From positions 1-64,000 of IMG/VR virus record IMGVR_UViG_3300030419_006839: 64,000 bases of DNA; one strand, 5' to 3'. Below the pieces are notes generated by a model that saw only the letters and a program-made list of their open reading frames with translations, made no database searches and had not been told where the DNA came from. Position numbers and translations under genes: made by a program. Shown in pieces: positions 16,654-27,400 of this stretch (position 1 is the first letter of the stretch; each line of letters starts with the position of its first letter). The stretch is from a virus.

Positions 16654-19053
16654 ATGGCTACATACGATAGGCGTTTAAATACTCCTTTAAAGGGAAATTC
16701 TTCTAGGATTTATGTGGCAGATCCGTCTACTAAGACATCTGCCACTTTTAATGAGGATGTTCTGACTACAACACCTTCTGATTTAGGTTTGTGGTCAAAG
16801 GAGGTTTTGCCTATCGTATCTGGTTCTAAACCTAGCGAGTCACATTCAAACATATCATCACGATATATTTCAGGAAGTGGTAGTGCAAACAGGGTTCATA
16901 AGGGAAAAACTAGGGTTGAAGGATCATATACTATTGCATTACCCCAACATTCAGTCTTAAATAGTATTTTTAAAGACTTTTTTGGTAAAAATTCTAAAGA
17001 AGAAACAAAAACATCAGTAAATTTCACATTAAAAGACGAATTAGACACTTCTGGATTGGCAATTTTACAACCAATAGACTACTCTACTAACTCATCTTCA
17101 AATCATCACCATTATGGCAAGGCATACTCTTATTTTCGTGGAATGAGGGTAAAAACACTTACCTTTTCTGCAGATAATGGCACTCAACCAGTACTTTTAG
17201 ACGTTAATTTCTTTGGAAACAGGGAGGATTATATCAACTCAGAAGGATATTTAGAGCCACATGAGAGAGACTTAACCAGTGTTTCAACCCCTTTTCCTAG
17301 CAAACAGAGTGAGATTAATGCATTATTTCATGGAAACTACGGTGTTTATCAAAATGTTTTAAGTTTGGAGGAGTTTCCAAGTTGGAATACTGAGTTGATA
17401 ATAAAAAATTCTAATAATGATGAAATAAAATTACCATTCTCTAATCTTTCTGTAGTTTTAGATAAAAATATACAGTTCACAGATACTATGAATGGGTCTA
17501 GACTTTATGATGATGTATTTTTTAGTGGCAATAGAGTAGTTAGTGGTAGTTTTGACTTATCTTTCATAGGGGAGACTTTCTGGGGAGGTGATGCTGAACA
17601 ACCTAACGGAAGTATCAATAGTAATAATTCCACGTATATAATGAGGGAAATGTTTGACTTAAGTGGTTTTACCCTAACTATTAATTTTAGGACAGTTGAT
17701 GGATCTAAATCTTTTAAAATTGAAATGCCTAATATACAGTTTACTGCAGGTAGGACTTTAAATAGTCTGAGGCATGGTCAAACAATACTACCCGTTTCTT
17801 TTCAAGCATTCCCTAGTGAAACATCCTCAACAATAAATAATAACACTGAAGTTAGTATTCAACAACAGAGAGATCTTTATCTTACGTTTGAAAATGAACC
17901 AACAGTATTTACAAGTAGTGCAGTTAAATATGTAACAACAGATTATGTTTCTAGAGATTCCACTGGAGCAAGTCTAGATAAACATATTATAGCTTATCAA
18001 GATGATACAAACTCATCATACCAATATGGAAAGTTAGTAGTATCTACCGTTAGTGGTAATAGTGTTTCTATAAGTAGTCCATATGTTTTTTCATCATCTA
18101 ATGTCTCTTACGTTTCAACAGTTTATGATGATTCGCAAAAAAGAGTAATTGTTGCCTATAGTGATGGCAGTAAGGGTAAGATGTTTTCATTCCAGTTGGA
18201 TTCTAATGGTCAAATGGTGAATCAAACACCTATAGTAACGTTTTGCAACTCTAATGTTTCACATATATCTACTGTATACAGTATTTTATATCAAAAGGTT
18301 GCTATTTTTTATTTAAGGTCTGATAATTCAACAGGACAGTCTATTGTTTTAAATTATAGTAGTGGAAGTTATATAATAGGTTCAGAAGTTCAATTTGATT
18401 CATATTCTTCTGTAGATGCGATACCAACATATATTTCTTCTATATATAGAAATATATCTGGTGACATTCTGATTTCATACTCTGATCAAAACTGGTTTGG
18501 AGTTGGTAAGGTTATTATAGGAAAAGTTTTGGAAACTACAACAAATAATGTAGCAACCTATAAAATGATATTTGATTCTACAACAAATAAAGTATTTTCT
18601 AGTAGATCTGTTTCTAGTATTGCAATGGGATATAACATACAAAATGATAATTTCTTAATGGTTTATAATGCCCACTATAATTCTCAATATGCTTTTGCGA
18701 GGATAGTTGAAATAGGAAACCCAAGTGCATCATCAATACACATAAGTCAGGAATATATGTTGTTTAGTGGTGAGATGAAGTATCCCTCTGTATCTTATGA
18801 TAGTCGAATAGGTGTTTTTGTAGTTAATTATAGAGATGAATCAGATTCAGATAAGGGTAAATCTAGATTGGTTTGGACAAATAATAATATATTGGAGTTA
18901 GATAGTATGGTAACTTTTGAACAAGGTAAGGCAAGTAGGTTTAAGCCAATAAACGCATCTTCTTATGATGTAGCGTCTAATAAGACGTTAATAGCATATT
19001 CTGATGATTCAGATTCAGATAAAGGTAAAATAGCTCTGGGAGGTATAAGATAA
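16654..19053 (+). CDS. Tail tube paralogue 2 fused to a C-terminal repeat (beta-propeller-like) domain
   Basis: N-terminal ~390 aa aligns by eye with 15163 (RVEGSYTI, GMRVKTLTFS, RVVSGSFDL, LPVSFQAF); C-half has ~50-aa repeats YD...VIVAYSD...KGK. Confidence 0.7.
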   Translation: MATYDRRLNTPLKGNSSRIYVADPSTKTSATFNEDVLTTTPSDLGLWSKEVLPIVSGSKPSESHSNISSRYISGSGSANRVHKGKTRVEGSYTIALPQHSVLNSIFKDFFGKNSKEETKTSVNFTLKDELDTSGLAILQPIDYSTNSSSNHHHYGKAYSYFRGMRVKTLTFSADNGTQPVLLDVNFFGNREDYINSEGYLEPHERDLTSVSTPFPSKQSEINALFHGNYGVYQNVLSLEEFPSWNTELIIKNSNNDEIKLPFSNLSVVLDKNIQFTDTMNGSRLYDDVFFSGNRVVSGSFDLSFIGETFWGGDAEQPNGSINSNNSTYIMREMFDLSGFTLTINFRTVDGSKSFKIEMPNIQFTAGRTLNSLRHGQTILPVSFQAFPSETSSTINNNTEVSIQQQRDLYLTFENEPTVFTSSAVKYVTTDYVSRDSTGASLDKHIIAYQDDTNSSYQYGKLVVSTVSGNSVSISSPYVFSSSNVSYVSTVYDDSQKRVIVAYSDGSKGKMFSFQLDSNGQMVNQTPIVTFCNSNVSHISTVYSILYQKVAIFYLRSDNSTGQSIVLNYSSGSYIIGSEVQFDSYSSVDAIPTYISSIYRNISGDILISYSDQNWFGVGKVIIGKVLETTTNNVATYKMIFDSTTNKVFSSRSVSSIAMGYNIQNDNFLMVYNAHYNSQYAFARIVEIGNPSASSIHISQEYMLFSGEMKYPSVSYDSRIGVFVVNYRDESDSDKGKSRLVWTNNNILELDSMVTFEQGKASRFKPINASSYDVASNKTLIAYSDDSDSDKGKIALGGIR

Positions 19054-22000
19054 TGGCACATGTATTAATTCTTGAAGGTGCAGGAACAGACTATTCTGTT
19101 GGTAGGACAGTGTTGTATGCTTTCGATAATAGTACATATGACCTAACCTCAAATACAAGTAGTATTTTAGTTAAGACAAAACCATCTGCAGGAGGAACTA
19201 CAATACTTACTATTTCTGACTTAAACACAAATAATTCTATTTCAAACTTAGTTACAGGAACTAGTGTTAGTGGTGGAGTTATTCCAGACTTACCTTCAGA
19301 TTTTGTAGGTGGTAAGTATAATTTAAAACTTACAGGAACTACTTGGAGTTTTGAAATTAGAACTGCATATGCAGAGTTGATAGAAGAGTTTTCAGATTCT
19401 TTTATAAAAGTAAATACTGCTGGAAGTTCAAGTGGTTCTGGTGGACTTACTGTAGAATCAGGTAGTGATGATGCTAAAATATATTTTACACATTCTGACA
19501 ACAAGTGGAAAAAAGGAGTTGGGAGTGATAATTATGAGATAGTTGGTAAGACTGAAATTCAAACCCTTACAAATAAAACAATATCAACAGCAAATAACAC
19601 TATAACACGTGCATCAACAGGTGACTTGGGTGTTGCATCTTTTAGTAATAGCAATTTTTCTGTTAGTAATGGTGCAGTTAGTATAAAGAATGATGGTATA
19701 GCACTAGGTACACATACAACTGGAAATTATATTAAGAACATAACTGCTAGTACTGGTCTAACTGGAGATACAGATTCCGAAGGTGGTCAAGCAACTTTAG
19801 CTATAGATAACACTGTTGTCACGCTTACTGGAACTCAAATATTAACCAATAAAACATTAAATGATCCAACAGTATCTGGTTTATATTTATCTGATTCTAG
19901 TATTGTTTTTGAGGGTAGTTCAAACGACTATGAAACAACACTATCAGTTGTAGAACCAACATCAGATAAAACTATTTCACTACCTACTCCAAATGCGAAT
20001 GATACAGTTACTCTTCTTGCGGAAACTCAAACACTAACAAATAAAACTTTGACATCCCCTGTCATATCTGGAGGAACTATAGATAATAATGTTATAGGTG
20101 GAACAACTCCAGCAGCAGGTACTTTTACTACTGGTACTTTCACTTCAGGATCTTTTACTACTTCTATTACTGTTGGATCTTCTAGTTTAACTTTAGATTC
20201 AAATTCAATCACAGTTTCAAATGATAATACAGCAAGTAATAGGAATTTACAACTAATACCTGGAGATCAAGTTGATGGAACTTTAAATACTCCATTTTGT
20301 GTTGGTCATGTTGAGATTATTAATAGTGGTTATGGATTAAGGATAGGTGCAGATCAGTATTACAACTCAGGGAGTTATGGGGTTTATGGAACTAGTACCA
20401 TCTCTAACGGTGATAAAAATAAAATTGCGTCAATAGTAACTCCTAGTTACAATCAAAATGGATCTGTTAAAGATAATGCACTACTTTACTCAGTAGCTGA
20501 ATCTAGTGCAACTGAGATATTTTATGGTGGACTTCCTAGTGGAACAACTCATGCATATCCAGCAACAAAACATGCCTTTATGACAGGTACTGCAAGCGAA
20601 TTACAAGATCCTACACCTACACAGCAAATGAGTATAACTCCATCTGGAGTTTCTGTATTTAATAAATTACATGTAGATGTTGGTGAAAGTGAATTGACTT
20701 TTGATAACGATGCCCCTTTCAGTAATGCTAATTTAAGAATATGGAGGAATGACACATCTATAACATCAGGAAATCCTTTAGGGTATCTTTCTTTTGCTGG
20801 TTCTGATGCAAATACATCACCTACTGATCATGCTACTATATATGCAGATGCTGCATCAAGTCATTCAGATGGTGATAATCCAACTAATTTAAAGTTTCAG
20901 ACTACTGATGATGGTTCTCAATTACCTGCAGATAGAATGACTATCCGTTATGATGGAAATGTAGGAATAGGAACTACTGCACCTACAGTTAAATTAGACG
21001 TTAATGGTGTTATTAAGGGAACAGGAATTACTATAGGTAACTCTACAAGTATTAGTTCTGTTGATACTGATTTATCTAGTGTTTCTGGATCTGATGATAC
21101 TTTAGCTTCTGCAAAATCTATTAAGACCTATGTTGACACCCAAATTACAGCACAAGATTTAGACTTTCAAGGTGATTCTGGTGGGGCTTTAAATATAGAC
21201 TTAGATTCTGAAGTCTTAACACTTACAGGTGGTTCAGCAATTACAACTACTGGTTCTGGAAATACGATTACAATTGACTTGAGTGTAGATGATTCAACCG
21301 TTGAGATAGCTTCAGATACCCTTAAGGTTAAGGATTTAGGAATTACTACAGCTAAGATTGCTGATACCAACGTTACTACAGCTAAGATTGCTGATGCCAA
21401 TGTTACTACAGCTAAGATTGCTGATTCAAATGTTACTACAGCTAAGATTGCTGATGCCAGTGTTACTACAGCTAAGATTGCTGATTCAAATGTTACTACA
21501 GCCAAGATTGCTGATTCAAATGTTACTACAGCTAAGATTGATGATGCCAACGTTACTACAGCTAAGATTGCTGATGCCAACGTTACTACAGATAAGATTG
21601 CTGATGCAAATGTTACTACAGCTAAGATTGCTGATTCAAATGTTACTACAGCTAAGATTGCTGATGCCAACGTTACTACAGCTAAGATTGTTGATGCCAA
21701 CGTTACTACGGATAAGATTAACAATAGTGCAGTTACTACAGCTAAGATTGCTGATGCCAACGTTACTACAGATAAGATTGCTGATTCCAATGTTACTAAT
21801 GCTAAACTTTCAAATAGTTCAATAACAGTTACTGCAGGAGGTGGATTATCTACTGGAGGTTCTGTCTCTTTAGGAAGTTCTGTTACATTAGATCATGCAG
21901 ATACATCAAGTCAAGCAAGTGTTGATAATAGCGGTTCTACGGTTATTCAAGATATTACTTTAGATACCTATGGTCATGTAACATCTTTGGGTTCAGTTCA

Positions 22001-24488
22001 AGTAACTTCAACTCTTGCAGGAGCAACAGATACAAATATAAATACCCCTTCTAGTGCTCATATTTTAGTTTATGATGGAAATGATTCTTGGGATAACAAG
22101 GCAATTTCTGGAGATATAACAATCAACTCCAGTGGGGTTGCTAGTATACAGGCAGATAGTGTTACTTTAGGTACAGACACTACTGGAAATTATGTATCAA
22201 CTATTACTGGTGGTAATGGTGTTTCTAGCACTGGTGCAACTACTGGCGAGAATATATCTCATACCTTATCTGTTGATACTAAAACTAATGGTGGTTTGGT
22301 TTTTGAATCAAACAAACTAACCTTAGATTTAGGTGCATCTACAATAACAGGAACTTTAGCGATTTCTGATGGTGGAACTGGAGCAACAGATGCATCAGGT
22401 GCGAGATCAGCTTTGGGTGTTGATGCATCAGGTACAGACAACTCAACAAATGTGACCTTAGTGACTACTAGTCATGATTATCTTTCTATAAGTGGTCAAG
22501 CAATTACATTAGGAACTATAGATATAGGTGATGATACTAACTTAACCGCAGGATCAGGAATTACACTATCAGGAGATACATTATCAGTTAATACTTCTGC
22601 AGTAGATCATGATTCTTTATCTAACTTTGTAGCTAATGAGCATATAGATTGGACTACATCAGGTGCAGGTACGATTCATTCTAATAATCTCCCAACTGTT
22701 AGTAATGTTACGGTTACAGATAATAATGATAATTCTAATTATGATGTAACATTTACTAATGGATCTAATGCACTTTTAGAGGATAATGGGGAGTTTTATT
22801 ATAACCCATCTACAGGAACTTTAAGAGTTCCAAATTTAACTGTTGAAGGAACCACTACTACTGTTGATAGTGTGCAAATGCAAGCACAAAATGCAATAGT
22901 TTTTGAAGGTGAAACGGCAGATGAATATGAAACAACTTTAACTATAACAGACCCAACTGCAGATAGAACAATTACACTACCGAATATAAATGGTACATTA
23001 ATTACTACTGGAAACTTATCAGATATAACAACAGTTGGTACAGTTTCTAGTGGAACATGGCAAGGTACTGCAATTACTGATACTTATATCGCTTCTGAAT
23101 CAACTTGGAATGCAAAATTAGATACTGCTGGTACAGGACTAACTAAATCTGGAACAACAATTAATTTAGATTCATCTCAATCACTTTCTTCCTTAACTGT
23201 TAGTGGATCAACAGCATTGAATGGTGGAATAACTGTTGACACTAATGCTTTTATTGTTGCAGATTCAACTGGAACTGTGACATCAACAGGAAATTTAAAC
23301 TTTTCAGGAACAGGTAATTCTAATATTGTAGGTAAACTTGGAGTTGGTTTAGCATCTTCAGCTATGACAGGTTCCACTTTAGAGATTGGAACTGGTGCTT
23401 TAAGAGTTAAAAATGCCACTGTTGATAGTCAGGGGTTTAACATAAGTCAGGAATCTTCTAATATATCTAGAATTCATAATGCTTTTGATGATGGTGTGAT
23501 TACTTTTGGAAACAAAGCAACACATTGTGAGAGGATGAGATTAGATTCTAGTGGTCAATTAGGAATAGGAACTTCTCCAGCTACAACTTTACATATAAAA
23601 TCTGCTAATCCTGTAATAAAACTAGAAGATTCTGATCCCGATACTGTTTATGGTCAAATTGATGGTGCTGGTGGTACTTTAATCCTAATTGCTGATGGTG
23701 GTGGTGCTGCTGCAAGTTCTGCAATTAAATTTAGAATTGATGGTGGAACCGCATCTAGTGATAAGATGGTAATATTGGATTCTGGCAACGTAGGAGTTGG
23801 AAATAATTCTCCAGCAGAAAAGCTACATGTTGATGGAGCTATTAGATTGGGAACAACATCTAATGAAGTTGCTGGAAACTTGAGGTGGACAGGAAGTCAG
23901 TTTCAAGGTTATTCTGGAAGTGAGTGGTTAAATTTAGGTGCAGGTGGAGGTGCAGGAACTCCAACAATAAATTCTGGTGTTGCAAAATCTTTAGCGTATT
24001 ACGACAGTGCAGGTAATCAATTATCCGATACTGAAACAACTTCAGGAGATGGAGTTTATTGGGATTCTACAAATGATAGATTGGGTATAGGAACATCTAC
24101 ACCATCATCAACTTTGGATGTAAATGGACATCTTTCCGCAACAACTAAATCTTTTGATATAGAACATCCATCTAAAGAAGGAAAAAGATTAATACATGGA
24201 TCTCTTGAAGGCCCAGAACATGGAGTTTATATTAGAGGTAGAACTAATGGAGAAAAGGAAGTGGAATTACCAGAATATTGGATTGACCTTGTGGATTTGG
24301 ATACAATTACGGTACAATTAACCGCTATTGGTAATAAACAAGATATTTGGGTAGCTTCAATTGATAACAGTCGAATTAAAATAGGAAGTGATATGGGGTT
24401 TGTAGATTGTTTTTATTTCATTCAGGCAGAACGTAAGGATGTTGATAAACTTCAGATTGAAGTTGAGGAGGTAAGCAGTAATGGCTAA
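19053..24488 (+). CDS. Long tail fibre (proximal-type), 1811 aa
   Basis: QTLTNKT repeats, VTTAKIAD tandem repeat, GNVGIGTTAP motifs, C-terminal KSFDIEHP...HGSLEGPEHGVYIRG domain. Confidence 0.85.
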   Translation: MAHVLILEGAGTDYSVGRTVLYAFDNSTYDLTSNTSSILVKTKPSAGGTTILTISDLNTNNSISNLVTGTSVSGGVIPDLPSDFVGGKYNLKLTGTTWSFEIRTAYAELIEEFSDSFIKVNTAGSSSGSGGLTVESGSDDAKIYFTHSDNKWKKGVGSDNYEIVGKTEIQTLTNKTISTANNTITRASTGDLGVASFSNSNFSVSNGAVSIKNDGIALGTHTTGNYIKNITASTGLTGDTDSEGGQATLAIDNTVVTLTGTQILTNKTLNDPTVSGLYLSDSSIVFEGSSNDYETTLSVVEPTSDKTISLPTPNANDTVTLLAETQTLTNKTLTSPVISGGTIDNNVIGGTTPAAGTFTTGTFTSGSFTTSITVGSSSLTLDSNSITVSNDNTASNRNLQLIPGDQVDGTLNTPFCVGHVEIINSGYGLRIGADQYYNSGSYGVYGTSTISNGDKNKIASIVTPSYNQNGSVKDNALLYSVAESSATEIFYGGLPSGTTHAYPATKHAFMTGTASELQDPTPTQQMSITPSGVSVFNKLHVDVGESELTFDNDAPFSNANLRIWRNDTSITSGNPLGYLSFAGSDANTSPTDHATIYADAASSHSDGDNPTNLKFQTTDDGSQLPADRMTIRYDGNVGIGTTAPTVKLDVNGVIKGTGITIGNSTSISSVDTDLSSVSGSDDTLASAKSIKTYVDTQITAQDLDFQGDSGGALNIDLDSEVLTLTGGSAITTTGSGNTITIDLSVDDSTVEIASDTLKVKDLGITTAKIADTNVTTAKIADANVTTAKIADSNVTTAKIADASVTTAKIADSNVTTAKIADSNVTTAKIDDANVTTAKIADANVTTDKIADANVTTAKIADSNVTTAKIADANVTTAKIVDANVTTDKINNSAVTTAKIADANVTTDKIADSNVTNAKLSNSSITVTAGGGLSTGGSVSLGSSVTLDHADTSSQASVDNSGSTVIQDITLDTYGHVTSLGSVQVTSTLAGATDTNINTPSSAHILVYDGNDSWDNKAISGDITINSSGVASIQADSVTLGTDTTGNYVSTITGGNGVSSTGATTGENISHTLSVDTKTNGGLVFESNKLTLDLGASTITGTLAISDGGTGATDASGARSALGVDASGTDNSTNVTLVTTSHDYLSISGQAITLGTIDIGDDTNLTAGSGITLSGDTLSVNTSAVDHDSLSNFVANEHIDWTTSGAGTIHSNNLPTVSNVTVTDNNDNSNYDVTFTNGSNALLEDNGEFYYNPSTGTLRVPNLTVEGTTTTVDSVQMQAQNAIVFEGETADEYETTLTITDPTADRTITLPNINGTLITTGNLSDITTVGTVSSGTWQGTAITDTYIASESTWNAKLDTAGTGLTKSGTTINLDSSQSLSSLTVSGSTALNGGITVDTNAFIVADSTGTVTSTGNLNFSGTGNSNIVGKLGVGLASSAMTGSTLEIGTGALRVKNATVDSQGFNISQESSNISRIHNAFDDGVITFGNKATHCERMRLDSSGQLGIGTSPATTLHIKSANPVIKLEDSDPDTVYGQIDGAGGTLILIADGGGAAASSAIKFRIDGGTASSDKMVILDSGNVGVGNNSPAEKLHVDGAIRLGTTSNEVAGNLRWTGSQFQGYSGSEWLNLGAGGGAGTPTINSGVAKSLAYYDSAGNQLSDTETTSGDGVYWDSTNDRLGIGTSTPSSTLDVNGHLSATTKSFDIEHPSKEGKRLIHGSLEGPEHGVYIRGRTNGEKEVELPEYWIDLVDLDTITVQLTAIGNKQDIWVASIDNSRIKIGSDMGFVDCFYFIQAERKDVDKLQIEVEEVSSNG
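21341..21790 (+). repeat. 30-bp (10-aa VTTAKIADAN) tandem repeat, 15 copies
   Basis: GTTACTACAGCTAAGATTGCTGATGCCAA[C/T] units in perfect 30-nt register, in frame within the fibre gene. Confidence 0.95.
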
Positions 24489-27400
24489 AGATGTACTCAT
24501 AACTCCAGCAAGTGGTAAGATAGAGTTAAAAGATGATAATGTTACTAATGTGTATATTTCAGAAGGAAACGTAGGAATAGGAACTGCTGATCCAGATTCA
24601 ATTCTTCATGTTCAAAATGGGTCTGCTGGAACTGTTGATGCATATTCAAATTCTACTTTAGTGCTAGAAGCAAGTACAGATAATAATTTTATCAATATGC
24701 TTTCTCCTGATGCTAAAAATCAAGGAATACTTTTTGGAGATGCAACTCAAAATTGGAATGGTCAGATTCAGTATAATCATAATGGCAATTACATGGCATT
24801 TTATACTAATCAATCTGAGCAAATAAGAATTACTTCTGGTGGTAGTGTAGGAATCGGAACTGCTTCACCAAGTGAACAATTACACCTTCTTGCTCCTACT
24901 GGTGGTTCTAGTTCACTAAGAATAGATTCTTGTGCTGATGGTGCTGAATTGCAATTGAATGATATTGCTGGCACTGTTACTGGAATGTGGACACTAAAGA
25001 ATAGAAATGGTGATGGTAGATTTGGAATTTCAACTGGTAGTGGTGATGGAACTGATGCATTTGTTATAACTACTGATGGCGAAGTGGGAATCGGAACTAC
25101 TTCACCATCTCATGCACTACATGTTCAGGGGTCTGGTGATACTGTTTTTAGATTAGTAAAGGCAGGGAATGGAAATTTATATACTAGACGTGGAAGTGAT
25201 TCTGTCGATTTTATTAGTGCTAGTGGAACTTCAACAAAAAGAGATATAAAATTTATAGGTGCATCTGATATAAGTTCTAGTGAAACTACTCATATGATAA
25301 TTGAAGGTGATAGTGGAAATGTAGGGATCGGAACTGCTTCACCATTAGAAAAATTAACGATTGGTGGTGGAACAGGAGATGGAGACACATATAATTCTGT
25401 TATAAGATTTGATAGAACTTCTTCAACTGGAAATGTATTGGCAAGTAATATAGTTTTTGATGACCAAGATACCAATTGGGGTGATTTGAAGTTTAGGATG
25501 AAAACTACTGCCAGTTCAGGTGAGGATGCTGGATACTGGACTGATGCCTTAACTATCGAAGGTCGATATGGCAACGTAGGGATCGGAACTACTGCACCAC
25601 AATCAATTTTGGATATTAAAGGTGGAGATACTTCAGGTCAAACTTTAGGAACAGAAATAACAATCCATCACAATAATAATAATACTAACGACAATATAGG
25701 AAGAATTACTTTTAGGAACAATAGTGCAGATGACTTAGCTGCAATTCAAGCATATACTGTAGGTGCAAACACTCAAGGTGAGTTAAGTTTCTGGATTGAT
25801 AATGATGAAAAAGTTAGGATTGATAATGATGGCAAAGTAGGGATAGGGGAGACTAGCCCAACAACCCAACTTGATATTCGCACAGCAAATTGTGCAATAT
25901 TCTGGTGTAATAGCACACATGGTTGTTTCATTTCGAGGGATGGTTCTAATTACCCAAGATTTACTCATAATAATGGTTCTGCTCAATTAGGATTATTTAG
26001 AGCAGGAACTTCAAATCAGGGTGGAATGTATGTTGGTGCTGATGACGGTGGGTTTTATGTTTGGAGTGATGCATTTGCTAAAAGATTTTGTGTATGTGCA
26101 ACTTCAAACATCGCAACTACTAATATTTTTTGCGGTACAACTTCTGTGAATACACCTTTACTCAATGCATCTGGTCAAACTCCCATAAAAATAACTGGTG
26201 ATGCTGATGCTGCCTTTATTTGTTTTACAGGTGGTGCTTCTGATGATTGGCTAGTAGGTACAGTAAACAGTCTTGCAGGATTTGGATTTAAGAACACTAC
26301 TGATGATGAATATAGATTTTTTATAGGGGATGATGGTAAGGTTTCCATAGGTTCTACATCTTCAAGTTATCCACTCCAAGTAATAACAAATATTTCTGGT
26401 GGTACAACTCCTCAAATAGTTGCTAGAGACTTAGGCACTTCTGATGCTACAATTGGATTTCAAATTGCTTCTGCTGCTAATTGGTCAATAGGCATAGATA
26501 ATTCTGATTCAGATAAGTTTAAGATTGCAACGGGTCTGGATGTTGGAACTACACCTAGAATGACTATAGATACTTCTGGCAACGTAGGAATAGGAACTAC
26601 TTCACCAGATACAAAACTTAATATTGATGGTGGAACGGGAAGTCAATCTACAGGTTTAAGTTTTGGTGATGGTGATACAGGGTTCTATGAGCATTCAGAT
26701 GATTCTTTGTGGTTCTTTTCTGCTGGTGTTAGTAGATGGAAGTCAGATTCAGTTTATATGATGTCAACAACCACAGGAGATAAAGCATCTATAGTAAATG
26801 AGGTAGCATCTGGAACCAATCCAGTTTTCACTTTTTATGGTGATACAGATACAGGTATTGGTAAATATGCAGCCGATAAGTTATCACTTATAGCAGGGGG
26901 AACAAATACTGTTACGGTAGCAAATGGTTGTGTAGGAATCGGAACTACTTCACCTAGTGATAAGCTTCATGTTAAATCTGCTAGTAATGTTATTGTTGAT
27001 ATAGAGGCAGGTACAGAGTCTACTAACCATTATTCAATGTTAAGGATGACTCCAACTGGAACTCAAAATTCGTATCTAAGGTTTGGTGGTAATTTTTATT
27101 CACAAAATCTTAGTGGTACAGACTTTTTAACTATTTTATCAGGTGGTAACGTAGGGATTGGATGTGCTTCACCAGCATATAAATTAGATGTATGCGGTTC
27201 AAATGATTTAGTAAGATTTAGGTCTACCAGTGATTCTGCTAGTGATAGTGTTCTTAGAATGGAGAATAATTCTGGAACTGCATTATTTAATATGAGAGGT
27301 AGTGGGTTACTATGTCTTTCTGGCAACGTAGGAATTGGAAAGACTCCAAGTTATGCTTTAGACATTGACGGTACTTTTCGTGGCACATCTAAAGATTTAA

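Noticed and set aside
21167-21825. ORFs 21167-21790 (-) and 21358-21825 (+)
   Set aside because: Shadow frames of the 30-bp tandem repeat inside the fibre gene
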